From Alphaproteobacteria bacterium (GTDB lineage: Bacteria > Pseudomonadota > Alphaproteobacteria > MPNO01 > UBA830): DNA of 64,000 nucleotides. The DNA is taken from assembly GCA_965243135.1 (NCBI GenBank), contig OZ251539.1, positions 672,001 to 736,000 on the forward strand. The letters are read 5' to 3'. The notes under the pieces are model-generated. The model had not been told where the DNA came from and did not search any database. It worked only from the letters and a program-made list of their open reading frames with translations. A program made the position numbers and the translations under genes. This document shows, piece after piece, positions 31,712 through 41,617 of the stretch. The number at the start of each line of letters is the position of its first letter. Positions within the stretch are counted from its first letter, which is position 1.

Positions 31712-32731
31712 ATGACGGACGCCTTCCTGCGCAATGCATGGTACGTCGCCGCGTGGAGCCACGAGATCGCACGGCCTCTCTCGCGATCGTTGTTGCGGCA
31801 ACCCGTCGTGCTGTGGCGCACCGGCAGCGGTCTCGCCGTCGCCCTGGAAGACCGGTGCTGCCATCGCCACGCGCCATTGTCGGCAGGGACCGTGATCGGC
31901 GACAATATCAGGTGCGGCTATCACGGCCTTTCCTTCGACTCCTCGGGAAACTGCGTCGACGTACCGAGCCAGAACAGGATTCCGCCGGGCGCGCGCGTCC
32001 GTCGATACCCGCTGATCGAAAAGCATGGCTGGATATGGGTCTGGATGGGCGATCCGGAGGAGGCGGACGAGGCTCTGGTCGCGGACACCTTCTGGCACGA
32101 CTCTCCCGACTGGCGGTCCGTCGGCGACCGGTTTCTCGTAAATTGCCACTACCAGTCGTTGATCGACATCCAGCTCGACAATACCCATTCCCGGTTCGTT
32201 CATCCCGATACCTTGGGGAACGACGGTTCCCTGCGTCACTCCCCGAAAGTAACGCGCGACGGCGACGTCGTCCGCAATCATCGCCGCATGCGCGACAGCG
32301 ATCCGCCGCCGTTGTTTACGCAAGCGACCGGCCTTGCCGGCAAGGCCGACGTATGGGTGGAATGGGAATATTCGCCTCGCGCCGGGATCGTCACGTTCGA
32401 TGCGGGAGTCGCGCCGCCGGGCAGCGGCGTCTTCGAAGGCGACCGCAGCAAGGCGTTCAGCATGTTCAATACCCACGGCATTACGCCCGAAACGGAACGC
32501 ACCTGCCATCATTTCTGGGTTTCGGCGCGGGATTTCGCGCTGGAGGACGAGGAGACGGACCGGACGATGACCGGCATTCGCGACACGTTTCTGGAAGACG
32601 TGGCGATGGTGGAGGCGCAGCAACGCATTCTGGATCTGGATCCCGATGCGCCCCGAATCGACGTGAACGCCGATATTCCGACGATCAGGGCGCGGGAGCT
32701 CGTGGCGAGGCTGATCGCGGAAGAACGGTGA
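31712..32731 (+). CDS. Rieske oxygenase alpha subunit (VanA/O-demethylase-like)
   Basis: FLRNAWYVAAW, CCHRHAPLS...CGYHG, DNTHSRFVH, FLED. Confidence 0.9.
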   Translation: MTDAFLRNAWYVAAWSHEIARPLSRSLLRQPVVLWRTGSGLAVALEDRCCHRHAPLSAGTVIGDNIRCGYHGLSFDSSGNCVDVPSQNRIPPGARVRRYPLIEKHGWIWVWMGDPEEADEALVADTFWHDSPDWRSVGDRFLVNCHYQSLIDIQLDNTHSRFVHPDTLGNDGSLRHSPKVTRDGDVVRNHRRMRDSDPPPLFTQATGLAGKADVWVEWEYSPRAGIVTFDAGVAPPGSGVFEGDRSKAFSMFNTHGITPETERTCHHFWVSARDFALEDEETDRTMTGIRDTFLEDVAMVEAQQRILDLDPDAPRIDVNADIPTIRARELVARLIAEER

Positions 32732-32766
32732 AAGTCGCCGCCGTTCGACTTGCCGACGAAAAATGC

Positions 32767-32800
32767 GCACCGACCGGGACGGGGCACCGACCGGGACGGG
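32767..32800. repeat. 17-bp tandem duplication
   Basis: GCACCGACCGGGACGGG twice, exact. Confidence 0.85.
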
Positions 32801-32806
32801 CCAGCC

Positions 32807-32995
32807 TGCCGACGGCTTCCGGAGTTGCGCCGACCGCTCGCCGCCCGTCAAAAGAGTCGAACGCGACTCCCAAATTGTCGGCAAAGGCAGTCCGCCGCCC
32901 CGCCGGGCGTCGAAGCGGCCGCATGCGGGACGCGAGCTCAGCTCGCGACGCGAAAAGCCGCGGCCGTCCCTCGCCAGTTCGGGGAGGGGCGGCGT
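32807..32995. repeat. Diverged intergenic repeat, copy A
   Basis: Shares the blocks GTTGCGCCGA.CGCTCGC...AAAGAGTCGA and CTCGCGACG.GAAAAGCCGC.GCCGTCCCTC with 34661-34850. Confidence 0.7.
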
Positions 32996-32996
32996 C

Positions 32997-34013
32997 CTAC
33001 TTCTTTCCGGGCGGCTTTATCTTCACCATTTCGCGGAACGCCGCCAGCAGCGGCTCGGGGGTCGCCATCGCGCGCCCTATCACGGCTTCGATCTTCTCCG
33101 CCGCCACGGGGTTGACGACCATCCGCCGCTTGGCCGCTTCGGCGCGGAACGCGGGGTCGTCGAGCATGTCCGTAAAGGCCTTCCTGAGCGCCGCGACCCG
33201 GTCGGCAGGCACGCCGGGCGGCGCGAAGAAGCCGTGGCCGACATAGGCAGGCGCCTCCATGAAGTCGACCATTCGCCGTTGCTCGTCCGTCTTCACGAGG
33301 TCGCGCATGTTCGGGACGCCCTCCAGTTCCTTCTCGCCCGGACCGACCTGGACCAGTTGTATGATCTTGCGATCCCGCAGCCAGTCCGGCTTGGTCGTGA
33401 GGTAGCTGTTGTAGAAGCTGCCCCGGCCGTGGACTTCCCCCGCTTCCATCGCCTTGTTCATCGGGCCGGCGCCGCGATAGCCGTGCACCATCTTGAACTT
33501 GGTCCCGATCACCGCGTTCATGAACGCCGGGATCAGATAGGCCGACGAGAGCTTGTTCGAAGTCGCCATGATGAGTTCGGTCTTCTTCGCGCCCTCCAGC
33601 GTCGTCGCCGGCGCGGTGTGCCAGACAGTGCTCACTTCGGTCATCGACGTGGTCGAACCCAGCCAATGGAATTTCGCGGGATCGAATCTGACCTTGCGCA
33701 GCAGCGGCGCGTTGACCGCGATGGGCAGCGCCGCGCCGAGCGCAGTGCCGTCCTGCGGCGCGGCGTTCGCCATGTAGGCCATCATGCGGGCTCCTCCGCC
33801 TCCCGGCATCGCCTCGACCACCATCGCCGGCCGGCCGGGCACGCGCTTCGACATATGCTTGACGACCACGCGCGCGACCGTCGAAAAGCCGCCGCCGGCG
33901 CTGCCGCCGGAAATGAACTTCACCGTCTTGCCGCGGTAGAAATCCGCGACAGGGTCGGCGGCGGCGCTACCCACCGCCGCTGTCAAGGCTGCGATCACGA
34001 TCAAGTGCTTCAT
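32997..34013 (-). CDS. Bug/TctC tripartite tricarboxylate transporter substrate-binding protein
   Basis: Signal peptide, FYRGKTV, GGG, MPGGGG, GYRG, APPGVPADRV. Confidence 0.88.
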   Translation of the reverse strand: MKHLIVIAALTAAVGSAAADPVADFYRGKTVKFISGGSAGGGFSTVARVVVKHMSKRVPGRPAMVVEAMPGGGGARMMAYMANAAPQDGTALGAALPIAVNAPLLRKVRFDPAKFHWLGSTTSMTEVSTVWHTAPATTLEGAKKTELIMATSNKLSSAYLIPAFMNAVIGTKFKMVHGYRGAGPMNKAMEAGEVHGRGSFYNSYLTTKPDWLRDRKIIQLVQVGPGEKELEGVPNMRDLVKTDEQRRMVDFMEAPAYVGHGFFAPPGVPADRVAALRKAFTDMLDDPAFRAEAAKRRMVVNPVAAEKIEAVIGRAMATPEPLLAAFREMVKIKPPGKK

Positions 34014-34660
34014 GGTTTCCGTTTCCTCCCTGCAGGTCCGGCGCCGTCATCGGGCCCGAGCGTCGGCGCGGGCGCTTTTTCGGTCCGGACGCCCTTTTCC
34101 CGCAGAACGGCGGGACAATAGCGGCAGACTACTCGCCGCTGAACCTCCGCGGCGAGAAATGCGCCTTGTTCAGCTCCTTCGCGTTGTCCGGCAAGGCGAT
34201 CGGCAACGCCTTTACGGTCCCTGTCTCGCGCGCAACATGACCAAGTGTCGAACGTCGCGAGCGCCGCCGCCCGCGAAAGAGCCTTGCGCGCATCTTATCA
34301 CAATGTTCACTGTGCACGCCCGGGAAGCCCGGGCCGTCCTTTTTTCGCAGGAACGGCCAAGGCGACAGCCGGAGAGGGACCCCGCACGGGCCGAGGCGAC
34401 GGCAAGGATCGCCGACGATTTACCGCGTCCGCTGACGCCCGGCCGCGGCGTCGCGGAGAACGACGATCCCGGCGGCGGACCTGACCTCTGCAAGCTCGCC
34501 CTCGAAAACCGGCGCGAGACAACGGACGAACGCGAACGGCACGATGCAGGCGACGAAGCCGAGGCGCGCCGAGAGCCGGGATCTCCGTTCGCCGATTTCC
34601 GCGCCGGCTTGCAAGAGCGTCCGCTGCGGACGCCGCCGCATCGAGACATTCTCCGAGAAA

Positions 34661-34850
34661 GCCGGCGGTTTCCGAAGTTGCGCCGATCGCTCGCAGCGCG
34701 TCGAAAGAGTCGAGTGGACGTTCCTCGTTTGCGAACTCAAGGCGGTCGGTAGCCGCTTGGCGCGGACGCGCGGGTATGAGGCACGCAGGAAAACCCAACT
34801 CGCGACGTGAAAAGCCGCAGCCGTCCCTCCGGTCCGGAAAGGAGCGCCGC
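34661..34850. repeat. Diverged intergenic repeat, copy B
   Basis: Same-orientation homolog of 32807-32995. Confidence 0.7.
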
Positions 34851-34852
34851 GC

Positions 34853-35692
34853 TCAGGGGGCGCGCGTCATCGACTCCAGTTCGGCAAGGAGGTACGGGCG
34901 AAAACGTTCGTAGTTCTCGACCATGGGAAAATGTCCGATGCCCTCCATCACCGTGAAGCGCGCGCCGGCGATCGCGTCCGCAACCGCGCGGGTCATGTCC
35001 GGCGTCGCGGAATAGTCGTATTCGCCGGTCAAAAGCGAAACCTTGCAGCGGGAAGTGTCGATTCCCTTGACGTCTTCGCGACCGTCCCAATCCTCGCAAT
35101 AGAAATGGACGTCGCCCTTGTAGATGCCGGGACCGGACTGGCTGTAATACCACCAGTTTTCGCGGCGTCCCGCCTCGGGCGAGGACGGCGCGTTGAGTCC
35201 GTAAGTGTAGGACGCGGCGAGCTCGCCGCCGTGGATCGCCGGGTGATGCAGAAAGTCGTTGTCGCGGCCTTCGGCGAAGGCCGCGCTTTCCAGGCCGACA
35301 ATGCCGGCGATCTCGTCCTGGTAGTCGGCGGCGACCTTGAGAACGACGGCGCCGCCCATCGAGCAGCCCATCACCACCGGCTTTTCGAGGCCGAGCGCGC
35401 GCCAGAAATCGCGGACGATGCCGACATAGGTTTCGGTCGTCAGCCGGTATTTCTTCAGCCACCAGCGATCCGGAGGGTTCGACTTTCCGTGATACGGAAG
35501 GTCGAAAGCGACGACGCGGAACTTCGCGGCGATGTCGGGATCGTTCAGGACGTGGCGGAACTGGCGGCTGTCCGCGCCTGCGGTATGCAGGCAGACGAGC
35601 GGAACGCCCCGGCCGGACTCCTCATAGAAGATGCGGTACTCCTCGCCGCCGCTCGTCAGGTTCAGGTAGCGGCCGACGATCGGTTCATGCAT
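34853..35692 (-). CDS. Alpha/beta hydrolase
   Basis: LHTAG oxyanion motif, GCSMGG nucleophile elbow, GEYD, GHFP. Confidence 0.88.
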   Translation of the reverse strand: MHEPIVGRYLNLTSGGEEYRIFYEESGRGVPLVCLHTAGADSRQFRHVLNDPDIAAKFRVVAFDLPYHGKSNPPDRWWLKKYRLTTETYVGIVRDFWRALGLEKPVVMGCSMGGAVVLKVAADYQDEIAGIVGLESAAFAEGRDNDFLHHPAIHGGELAASYTYGLNAPSSPEAGRRENWWYYSQSGPGIYKGDVHFYCEDWDGREDVKGIDTSRCKVSLLTGEYDYSATPDMTRAVADAIAGARFTVMEGIGHFPMVENYERFRPYLLAELESMTRAP

Positions 35693-36077
35693 CGATCGGC
35701 TCCATTCGCCTGAGGATGTTCATCATGCGGTGCAACGCTCTTGCGTTTTGCATGGCCGCGAGCGTGTCGCCGTCGAGTTCGAACTCGTCGACTCGCATCA
35801 GCATCGCGAAGAAGTCGTGGTAGAGCGGCGGCGGGTTCGGACTGACGAACTTGTTCCAGACCGACATGGGCGCGCGCATCGTGAACGCCGCGGGCCGGTC
35901 GAAGCGGGGCTTCGGTACGATATCGACGATCCGGCCCGAGCGGACCGAAAGCAGAAAATCGCTCCCCCCGAACGATATCTTGAAATCGACGGTGAGCCAG
36001 TCTCCCACCACCGCCATTTCCGGGTCGGCGTTGACCGCATCCCGGTATTTTTCCATCCATTCGAGGGAAGGCGCCAT
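35685..36077 (-). CDS. Small SCP2-like hypothetical protein
   Basis: SLEWMEKYRDAVNADPE N-terminus; overlaps the hydrolase start. Confidence 0.65.
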   Translation of the reverse strand: MAPSLEWMEKYRDAVNADPEMAVVGDWLTVDFKISFGGSDFLLSVRSGRIVDIVPKPRFDRPAAFTMRAPMSVWNKFVSPNPPPLYHDFFAMLMRVDEFELDGDTLAAMQNARALHRMMNILRRMEPIDA

Positions 36078-36138
36078 CGGGTAGCCTCGCGTTTTGCCGG
36101 AGGGGCATCCCGGCCGCGCGGCCGGGATGCCGACTCCG

Positions 36139-37137
36139 TTACTTGCGGGTGGCCGCCACGGCCTCCTTGAGCAGGGCGAACATGTCCCGGGTCTTCGGGT
36201 TGTTGCCGAGGATCTCGTCGGCGATCGGCGCGACGCGCTTGCGGAACTCCTTCTGGTCGGCTTCGGACAAGCGATGGATCGTCGCGTCCTTGGCCCAGTT
36301 TTCCTCCGCCTTCACCGTCAATTCGTGTCCCCATTTGCCGACCATCGGCGTGACCTCGCGCCCGGCCTGGAGCACCATCTCGCGCAGATCGTTCGGCAGG
36401 GATTTCAGCCATGAGACGCTCAGCCATTGGCCGCAGGAGATATGGCCCATGCCGGTAAGGGTCAGATGTTTCGCCACGGTCCAGAATTTGGACGGGAACA
36501 TCACGATGACGGCGCTGCGCACTCCGTCGATCACCTTGCGCTGCATCGCCGGCAGCACTTCGGTATAGGGCATGGGAACGCCGGTCGCGCCGAGCTTCTC
36601 GATCACCGCGCGCTCGAGCGGCGTGGCGAGGACGCGAATCTTGCGGCCCTTCATGTCCTCGAGCGTCTTGAACGGCTTGAGCGTCGCGATGGAGGTGTCG
36701 CCGCACGACCATACGAAGTTGCCGACGAAGCCCTTCTTTTCCGCGAGCTTCATGAACTTGTCGCGGAAACTCGGGTGATTCACCGCGCGGTGCTGGTGAA
36801 GGATGTCGTCGAAAACTCCGGGCGCGTCAGTGACCATGAACGCCTGGTCGATGCCGATGAAGAAGCCGGGAGGGATATTGAAGGCTTCCTGCGTGCCGAG
36901 CTGGATGCCCTCGATCTGGCGCGGAATCTTGCCGAGCTGACCCGCTGGAAAGACTCCTACCTTGAGGCGCCCGCCGGATTTCTCCTCCAGGTGCTTCTTG
37001 AGCCAGTCGGCGGCGAAGTGATTGGAATCGTTGATCGTTACGAAACCGATCTTCATCGTGTAGGTCTTTTGCGCGCTGGCGGGCGCGACCGCGAACGCGG
37101 CCGCAAGGACGGCGCATGTAGTCAGGATGCGTTTCAC
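36139..37137 (-). CDS. dctP: TRAP transporter substrate-binding protein
   Basis: Signal peptide, FPAGQLG, EGIQLGT, DMKGRKIRV, LGATGVPMPYTEV; GTG start after AGGAG. Confidence 0.9.
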   Translation of the reverse strand: MKRILTTCAVLAAAFAVAPASAQKTYTMKIGFVTINDSNHFAADWLKKHLEEKSGGRLKVGVFPAGQLGKIPRQIEGIQLGTQEAFNIPPGFFIGIDQAFMVTDAPGVFDDILHQHRAVNHPSFRDKFMKLAEKKGFVGNFVWSCGDTSIATLKPFKTLEDMKGRKIRVLATPLERAVIEKLGATGVPMPYTEVLPAMQRKVIDGVRSAVIVMFPSKFWTVAKHLTLTGMGHISCGQWLSVSWLKSLPNDLREMVLQAGREVTPMVGKWGHELTVKAEENWAKDATIHRLSEADQKEFRKRVAPIADEILGNNPKTRDMFALLKEAVAATRK

Positions 37138-37675
37138 CGGTGCTTCTCCTTCGGTTTGTTCCGTTTCTCGCAAGCTGCCGCGACCGCTGCGGGCCAAGCA
37201 TGCCTCATCCGTCGCTCTCTCCAACCTTCCTGCTTGTCGGGCAACTCGATGGCCGAAATGGTATCACGCCGCGGCAAGGTCGGCAATCCTGTCGAGCGAC
37301 ATTTTGCTTGCCGCAGGAGGACGGCCGCGATTTCCTCGGCGACGAGGGCCGGCCGGCTTCGAGGTCCAGCGGGCGTTTGGGCTGAAAGCCGCCTGAAGAT
37401 CGGCGCGAAAACTACCGGAACGCTTCGGACAATCGAGCCTTGCAACCATACCTCCTCGGAACAAACATGCCGAGCATTTTGAACACGCAGGCAAATCCAG
37501 AATTTCTGCAGAGCAGCAACTGTGCTGATCTTTCCTGCGAAACTCACAGGGCAAGAACGTTCACTTTCCTCGGCTACGTCGACTAAGAGATGGACGCTCG
37601 CGAAAGACTTCCAGAGATCATTCAAGAAGGTTTCGGAACGGAACCACGACAGTCTTCAGCGATGGTTCGAGACAG

Positions 37676-38761
37676 TCACAAAAGAGCGCTTTTTCCTTGA
37701 TCTGTGGCATATTCTTGTTCTTTTTTCTCCTTCATTTCGAGCTGTCGGCGGTGATTTCGTGCCGGACTCCCGCGGCTGACAGGATCCTCCATTCCAAAAA
37801 CGCGGTGGACAAGACGGATTATGCTAAGGTCGTGAGTCAACGTCTTGGCTCTCATCGCAGGCCATTCGTGAGCGATCCAGTTCTTCACATGCTCAGGTTC
37901 CGCCGGTAGCCAGTTCGCGCCGCGTTCCGTCGACCATTTGGCGAAGGCAAGCCAGCGTTTCTTATATATTAGCTTGGTTTTTGGAGATTTAGGCTTGTAC
38001 AATTCGGTTGCGACCGCTTTCTCAAACGCTTGATCCGGATCGTTCGGGGCTCTTTTCGCAATTTGGAAAGAACCGGTCTTCCTGGTTTCGGTCGTTACGG
38101 TTGCAGGGGTATTTTTCAGAACAGATTCAAGGAAACTCCGAACGTCTTCCCCTGAGGGCGTGACGCTTGTTTCTTCCTCCACCGCTTCGACCAGGCATTC
38201 AGAAATCAAACCGTCAGGCTCTTTCAACAACCTAGTCCACGCTTTCGGAATAGCGTCTTTTGCTCGTTGCCGCCGTGCGTTTTTATGCAAATCTTTGTGT
38301 GCGTTTTCCAGATAAGCGCCGCTGGCGACTTCTTTTTTGTCGAGGTACCGGCGAAGGATTTTCTCCACATCTTGGACGGACCTTTCAACTACGTCCACAA
38401 GGTCAACACGGCGTTCCATATAGCTTCCCTGTTCGCCAGGCAGATAAACGCTCCATCGGCGCCCGTCGGAAAGCACCGCCATTGATACCCCTTCGGTGGA
38501 AGCGTATTGAAGGAGTTGTTCTATCCTGCTTTCAAACGTGCCTGGTTGCTTGACCTCCAAGAATACCTTCGGTGTTCTTCCGAGGCAGAGAGCATACCGT
38601 CCTTTCACGGTTCTCCATTCGGGCGCCACCTCGTCCGGATCCTCTGTATCCCAGCCGAGCGCGCCAACGACGGGGAGCACCGCTCCTTGGCTTATCGCCG
38701 CCTCGCGGACGAAAATATTCGCTTCCAGCCTCCTTTTGATATTTTCCAGTTTTTCCCGCAT
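37676..38761 (-). CDS. HsdR-N-like PD-(D/E)xK domain fused to an integrase core-binding-like domain
   Basis: EAAISQGAVLPVVGALGWD...EVAPEW...YAL...FLEVK...QLLQYA...LSDGRRW; the C-terminus resembles a Cre-like N-terminal domain; AT-rich. Confidence 0.7.
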   Translation of the reverse strand: MREKLENIKRRLEANIFVREAAISQGAVLPVVGALGWDTEDPDEVAPEWRTVKGRYALCLGRTPKVFLEVKQPGTFESRIEQLLQYASTEGVSMAVLSDGRRWSVYLPGEQGSYMERRVDLVDVVERSVQDVEKILRRYLDKKEVASGAYLENAHKDLHKNARRQRAKDAIPKAWTRLLKEPDGLISECLVEAVEEETSVTPSGEDVRSFLESVLKNTPATVTTETRKTGSFQIAKRAPNDPDQAFEKAVATELYKPKSPKTKLIYKKRWLAFAKWSTERGANWLPAEPEHVKNWIAHEWPAMRAKTLTHDLSIIRLVHRVFGMEDPVSRGSPARNHRRQLEMKEKKEQEYATDQGKSALL

Positions 38762-39199
38762 CGCTCTTTACCCCACGACGTCACCCCACAATGGTACCGC
38801 AGAGTAAATTGCCCGGTCGATGAGTCAATGGGCGGTTGACGCCTGATCATAAAGTAGCCGTTCGGATGCGGGGTATCTGCAACCGCGATTCCGTATGGGC
38901 GGGCATTCGGCCGGAAATCGCAGGACGTTTGGTGGCCGGAACGGAGCGCGTCGCTCAGCGCCGCGGGACGAACCGCGAGGACGCCGACGAGTTGTTGAAG
39001 ACCGTCGGGGGGCGTGCAAGTCGGCCTGTCGCCGGTGCGCCCGTCGCGCAACGGGCCCCTCATACAACGGCAGAAGCGACCTCCGGTGATTTCCTCGCAG
39101 ATCGAGAACCTCGTTTGAGAAACGTTCGAGCGGACAGCGGCAATGTACGCGCCGCTGCGCTATCATATGCGCGATAAATCCAAAACCGGAGCAGAGCCC

Positions 39200-41512
39200 A
39201 TGCCCGACGGCGGCGGAAAATTCGTTTCGATGACCCAGTGGGGCGCGCTCGACGTGAGCGTGCGCGACGGCCGCGTGGTCGGCGTGTCTCCTTTCGAAGG
39301 CGACCCTGACCCGTCTCCCATCCTGAACGCGGTTCCCGAGTCGCTCTATCACGAGAGCAGAATCGCGCGACCGGCCGTGCGACGCGGATTCCTCGAGAAG
39401 ACCGCCGGCGGAACCGCGCGCGGCGCCGAACCCTTCGTCGATGTTTCATGGGACGAGGCGCTCGATCTCGTCGCGAACGAGCTCGCCCGCGTCAAGGCCG
39501 AACGGGGCAACGAGGCGATCTTCGCGAGCTCGGGCTGGGCGAGCGCAGGCGTCTTCCACGAGGCCCGGCCGCAACTCGGCCGTTTTCTCAAGGGGTTCGG
39601 CGGCTTCGTGGACCAGGTGACCAATTACAGTTTCGGCGCCGCGTCCGTGATCGTGCCGCACGTCGTCGGCACGATGCTGCCGGTGAACCACCCGACCGCG
39701 TGGCCGGTGATCGCGCGGCATACCGAACTGATGGTGATGTTCGGCGGCGCTGCGCCCAAGAACGGTCAGGTCAACAAGTCCGGCGTCGGAGCGCACGATA
39801 CCTCGTCGTGGCTGCGGACGGCGCGCCGGAACGGCGTCCGTTTCGTCAACGTCAGCCCGCGCCGCGACGACGCGGCGGATTTTCTCGACGCCGAATGGCT
39901 GCCCGTCCGGCCCAACGCCGACATGGCGCTGATGCTCGGCCTTGCGCACACGCTGCTTGTCGAGGGCCTTGCCGATCTCGATTTCCTCGCGCGCTACACG
40001 ACAGGCTTCGAGCGCTTTCGCGCCTATCTGGAGGCGGAAGACGCGCCTCGGGACGCTGATTGGGCGGCCTCCATTACCGACATCGATGCGGAGACGATCC
40101 GCAGTCTCGCTCGCCGCATGGCGGCGGCGCGCACGATGATCGCCGTGAGCTGGTCGGTGCAGCGCGGCGACCACGGGGAGCAGCCCTACTGGATGGCCAT
40201 TGCGCTGGCCGCGATGCTTGGCCAGATCGGCCTTCCCGGCGGCGGCTTCGGGTTCGGATACGGCTCGCAGGCCGGGATCGGCCTCGACCGGCCGCCGCTG
40301 CCGCTTCCGGGCGTTCCGACCGGCGCCAATCCGGTCAAGACCTACATACCGGTGGCGCGTTTCGCCGACATGCTGCTCGAACCCGGCGGGGAGATCGATT
40401 TCAACGGCGAGCGCATCGCCTATCCCGACATCCGCCTCGTCTACTGGTGCGGCGGCAACCCGTTCCACAAGCACCAGGACATCAATCGGCTGCTCGAAGC
40501 GTGGTCCAAACCCGAGACCGTCATCGTTCACGAGCCGTGGTGGACGCCTGCGGCGCGCCGGGCAGACATCGTCCTCCCGGTCACGACGACGCTGGAACGC
40601 AACGACATCGGCGCCTCCCACTACGACCGCTACTTCTTCGCGATGCACAAGGCTGTCGATCCCGTGGGCGAGGCGCGCAACGAATACGACATCTATGCCG
40701 CGCTCGCCGGACGCCTCGGCTTCCGCGAGGAATTCACCGAAGGCCGCGCGGAAATGGAGTGGCTGCGCCACATCTACGACGTGGCGCGCCAGAAGGCGTC
40801 GCGCAAGCGGATCGAGATGCCCGGCTTCGACGAGTTCTGGGAGACCGGCCACATCGCTTTCGAGCCGCACGGAGAGCCGGAACCCCTGTTCGCCGATTTC
40901 CGCGCCGACCCGCAAAAGCATCCGCTGCGGACGCCATCCGGCCGCATCGAGATATTCTCCGAGAAAATCGAAGGTTTCGGCTACGACGACTGTCCGGGTC
41001 ATCCGACCTGGATGCCGCCCTACGAATGGCTGGGATCGGAGGCCGCCGAAACCTGGCCGCTGCATCTCGTGTCGAATGCGCCGAGCCACCGTCTTCACGG
41101 CCAGCTCGATTTCGGCTCCCACAGCCGGAGCCAGAAAATCGCGGATCGCGAACCGGTCTGGATCAATCCCGTCGATGCCGATCCGCGAGGGATATCCGAA
41201 GGCGATGTCGTTCGCGTTTTCAACGACAGGGGCGAGTGTCTCGCGGGCGCACGCGTCACGGACGCCATACGGCCGGGAGTCGTGCAGCTGTCGACCGGCG
41301 CCTGGTTCGATCCGCTCGACCCCTCCTGTCCCGGCGCGCTCGAGAAGCACGGCAATCCGAACGTGCTGACGCGCGACCGCGGCACTTCGCGGCTGGCGCA
41401 GGCCTGCACCGCGCAATCGACGCTGATCGAAGTGGAGCGCTATTCAGGGGACGCGCCCGGAATTACCGCTTTCGACCGGCCGGAAACCGTCGTTCAAGCC
41501 TCGCATGGGTAA
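39200..41512 (+). CDS. Molybdopterin oxidoreductase, BisC/TorA family (no Tat signal)
   Basis: SRIARPAVRRG, GWASAG, NYSFGAA, QRGDHGEQ, GGNPFH, RLHGQLD, HGNPNVLTRD. Confidence 0.9.
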   Translation: MPDGGGKFVSMTQWGALDVSVRDGRVVGVSPFEGDPDPSPILNAVPESLYHESRIARPAVRRGFLEKTAGGTARGAEPFVDVSWDEALDLVANELARVKAERGNEAIFASSGWASAGVFHEARPQLGRFLKGFGGFVDQVTNYSFGAASVIVPHVVGTMLPVNHPTAWPVIARHTELMVMFGGAAPKNGQVNKSGVGAHDTSSWLRTARRNGVRFVNVSPRRDDAADFLDAEWLPVRPNADMALMLGLAHTLLVEGLADLDFLARYTTGFERFRAYLEAEDAPRDADWAASITDIDAETIRSLARRMAAARTMIAVSWSVQRGDHGEQPYWMAIALAAMLGQIGLPGGGFGFGYGSQAGIGLDRPPLPLPGVPTGANPVKTYIPVARFADMLLEPGGEIDFNGERIAYPDIRLVYWCGGNPFHKHQDINRLLEAWSKPETVIVHEPWWTPAARRADIVLPVTTTLERNDIGASHYDRYFFAMHKAVDPVGEARNEYDIYAALAGRLGFREEFTEGRAEMEWLRHIYDVARQKASRKRIEMPGFDEFWETGHIAFEPHGEPEPLFADFRADPQKHPLRTPSGRIEIFSEKIEGFGYDDCPGHPTWMPPYEWLGSEAAETWPLHLVSNAPSHRLHGQLDFGSHSRSQKIADREPVWINPVDADPRGISEGDVVRVFNDRGECLAGARVTDAIRPGVVQLSTGAWFDPLDPSCPGALEKHGNPNVLTRDRGTSRLAQACTAQSTLIEVERYSGDAPGITAFDRPETVVQASHG

Positions 41513-41617
41513 CGGCCGGTCCGACATCGGCTTTCAACGGACCGCCGGCCGCCTGCGCAACCGCCGAGGGAGCGCTTTCCGGTCGGGACAAGCCCGTCCG
41601 CATGCCGGGCGCAGTCG

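Noticed and set aside
34420-34640. Possible remnant of a fused TRAP permease (RLGFVACIVPFAF)
   Set aside because: A single short motif; not enough to annotate.
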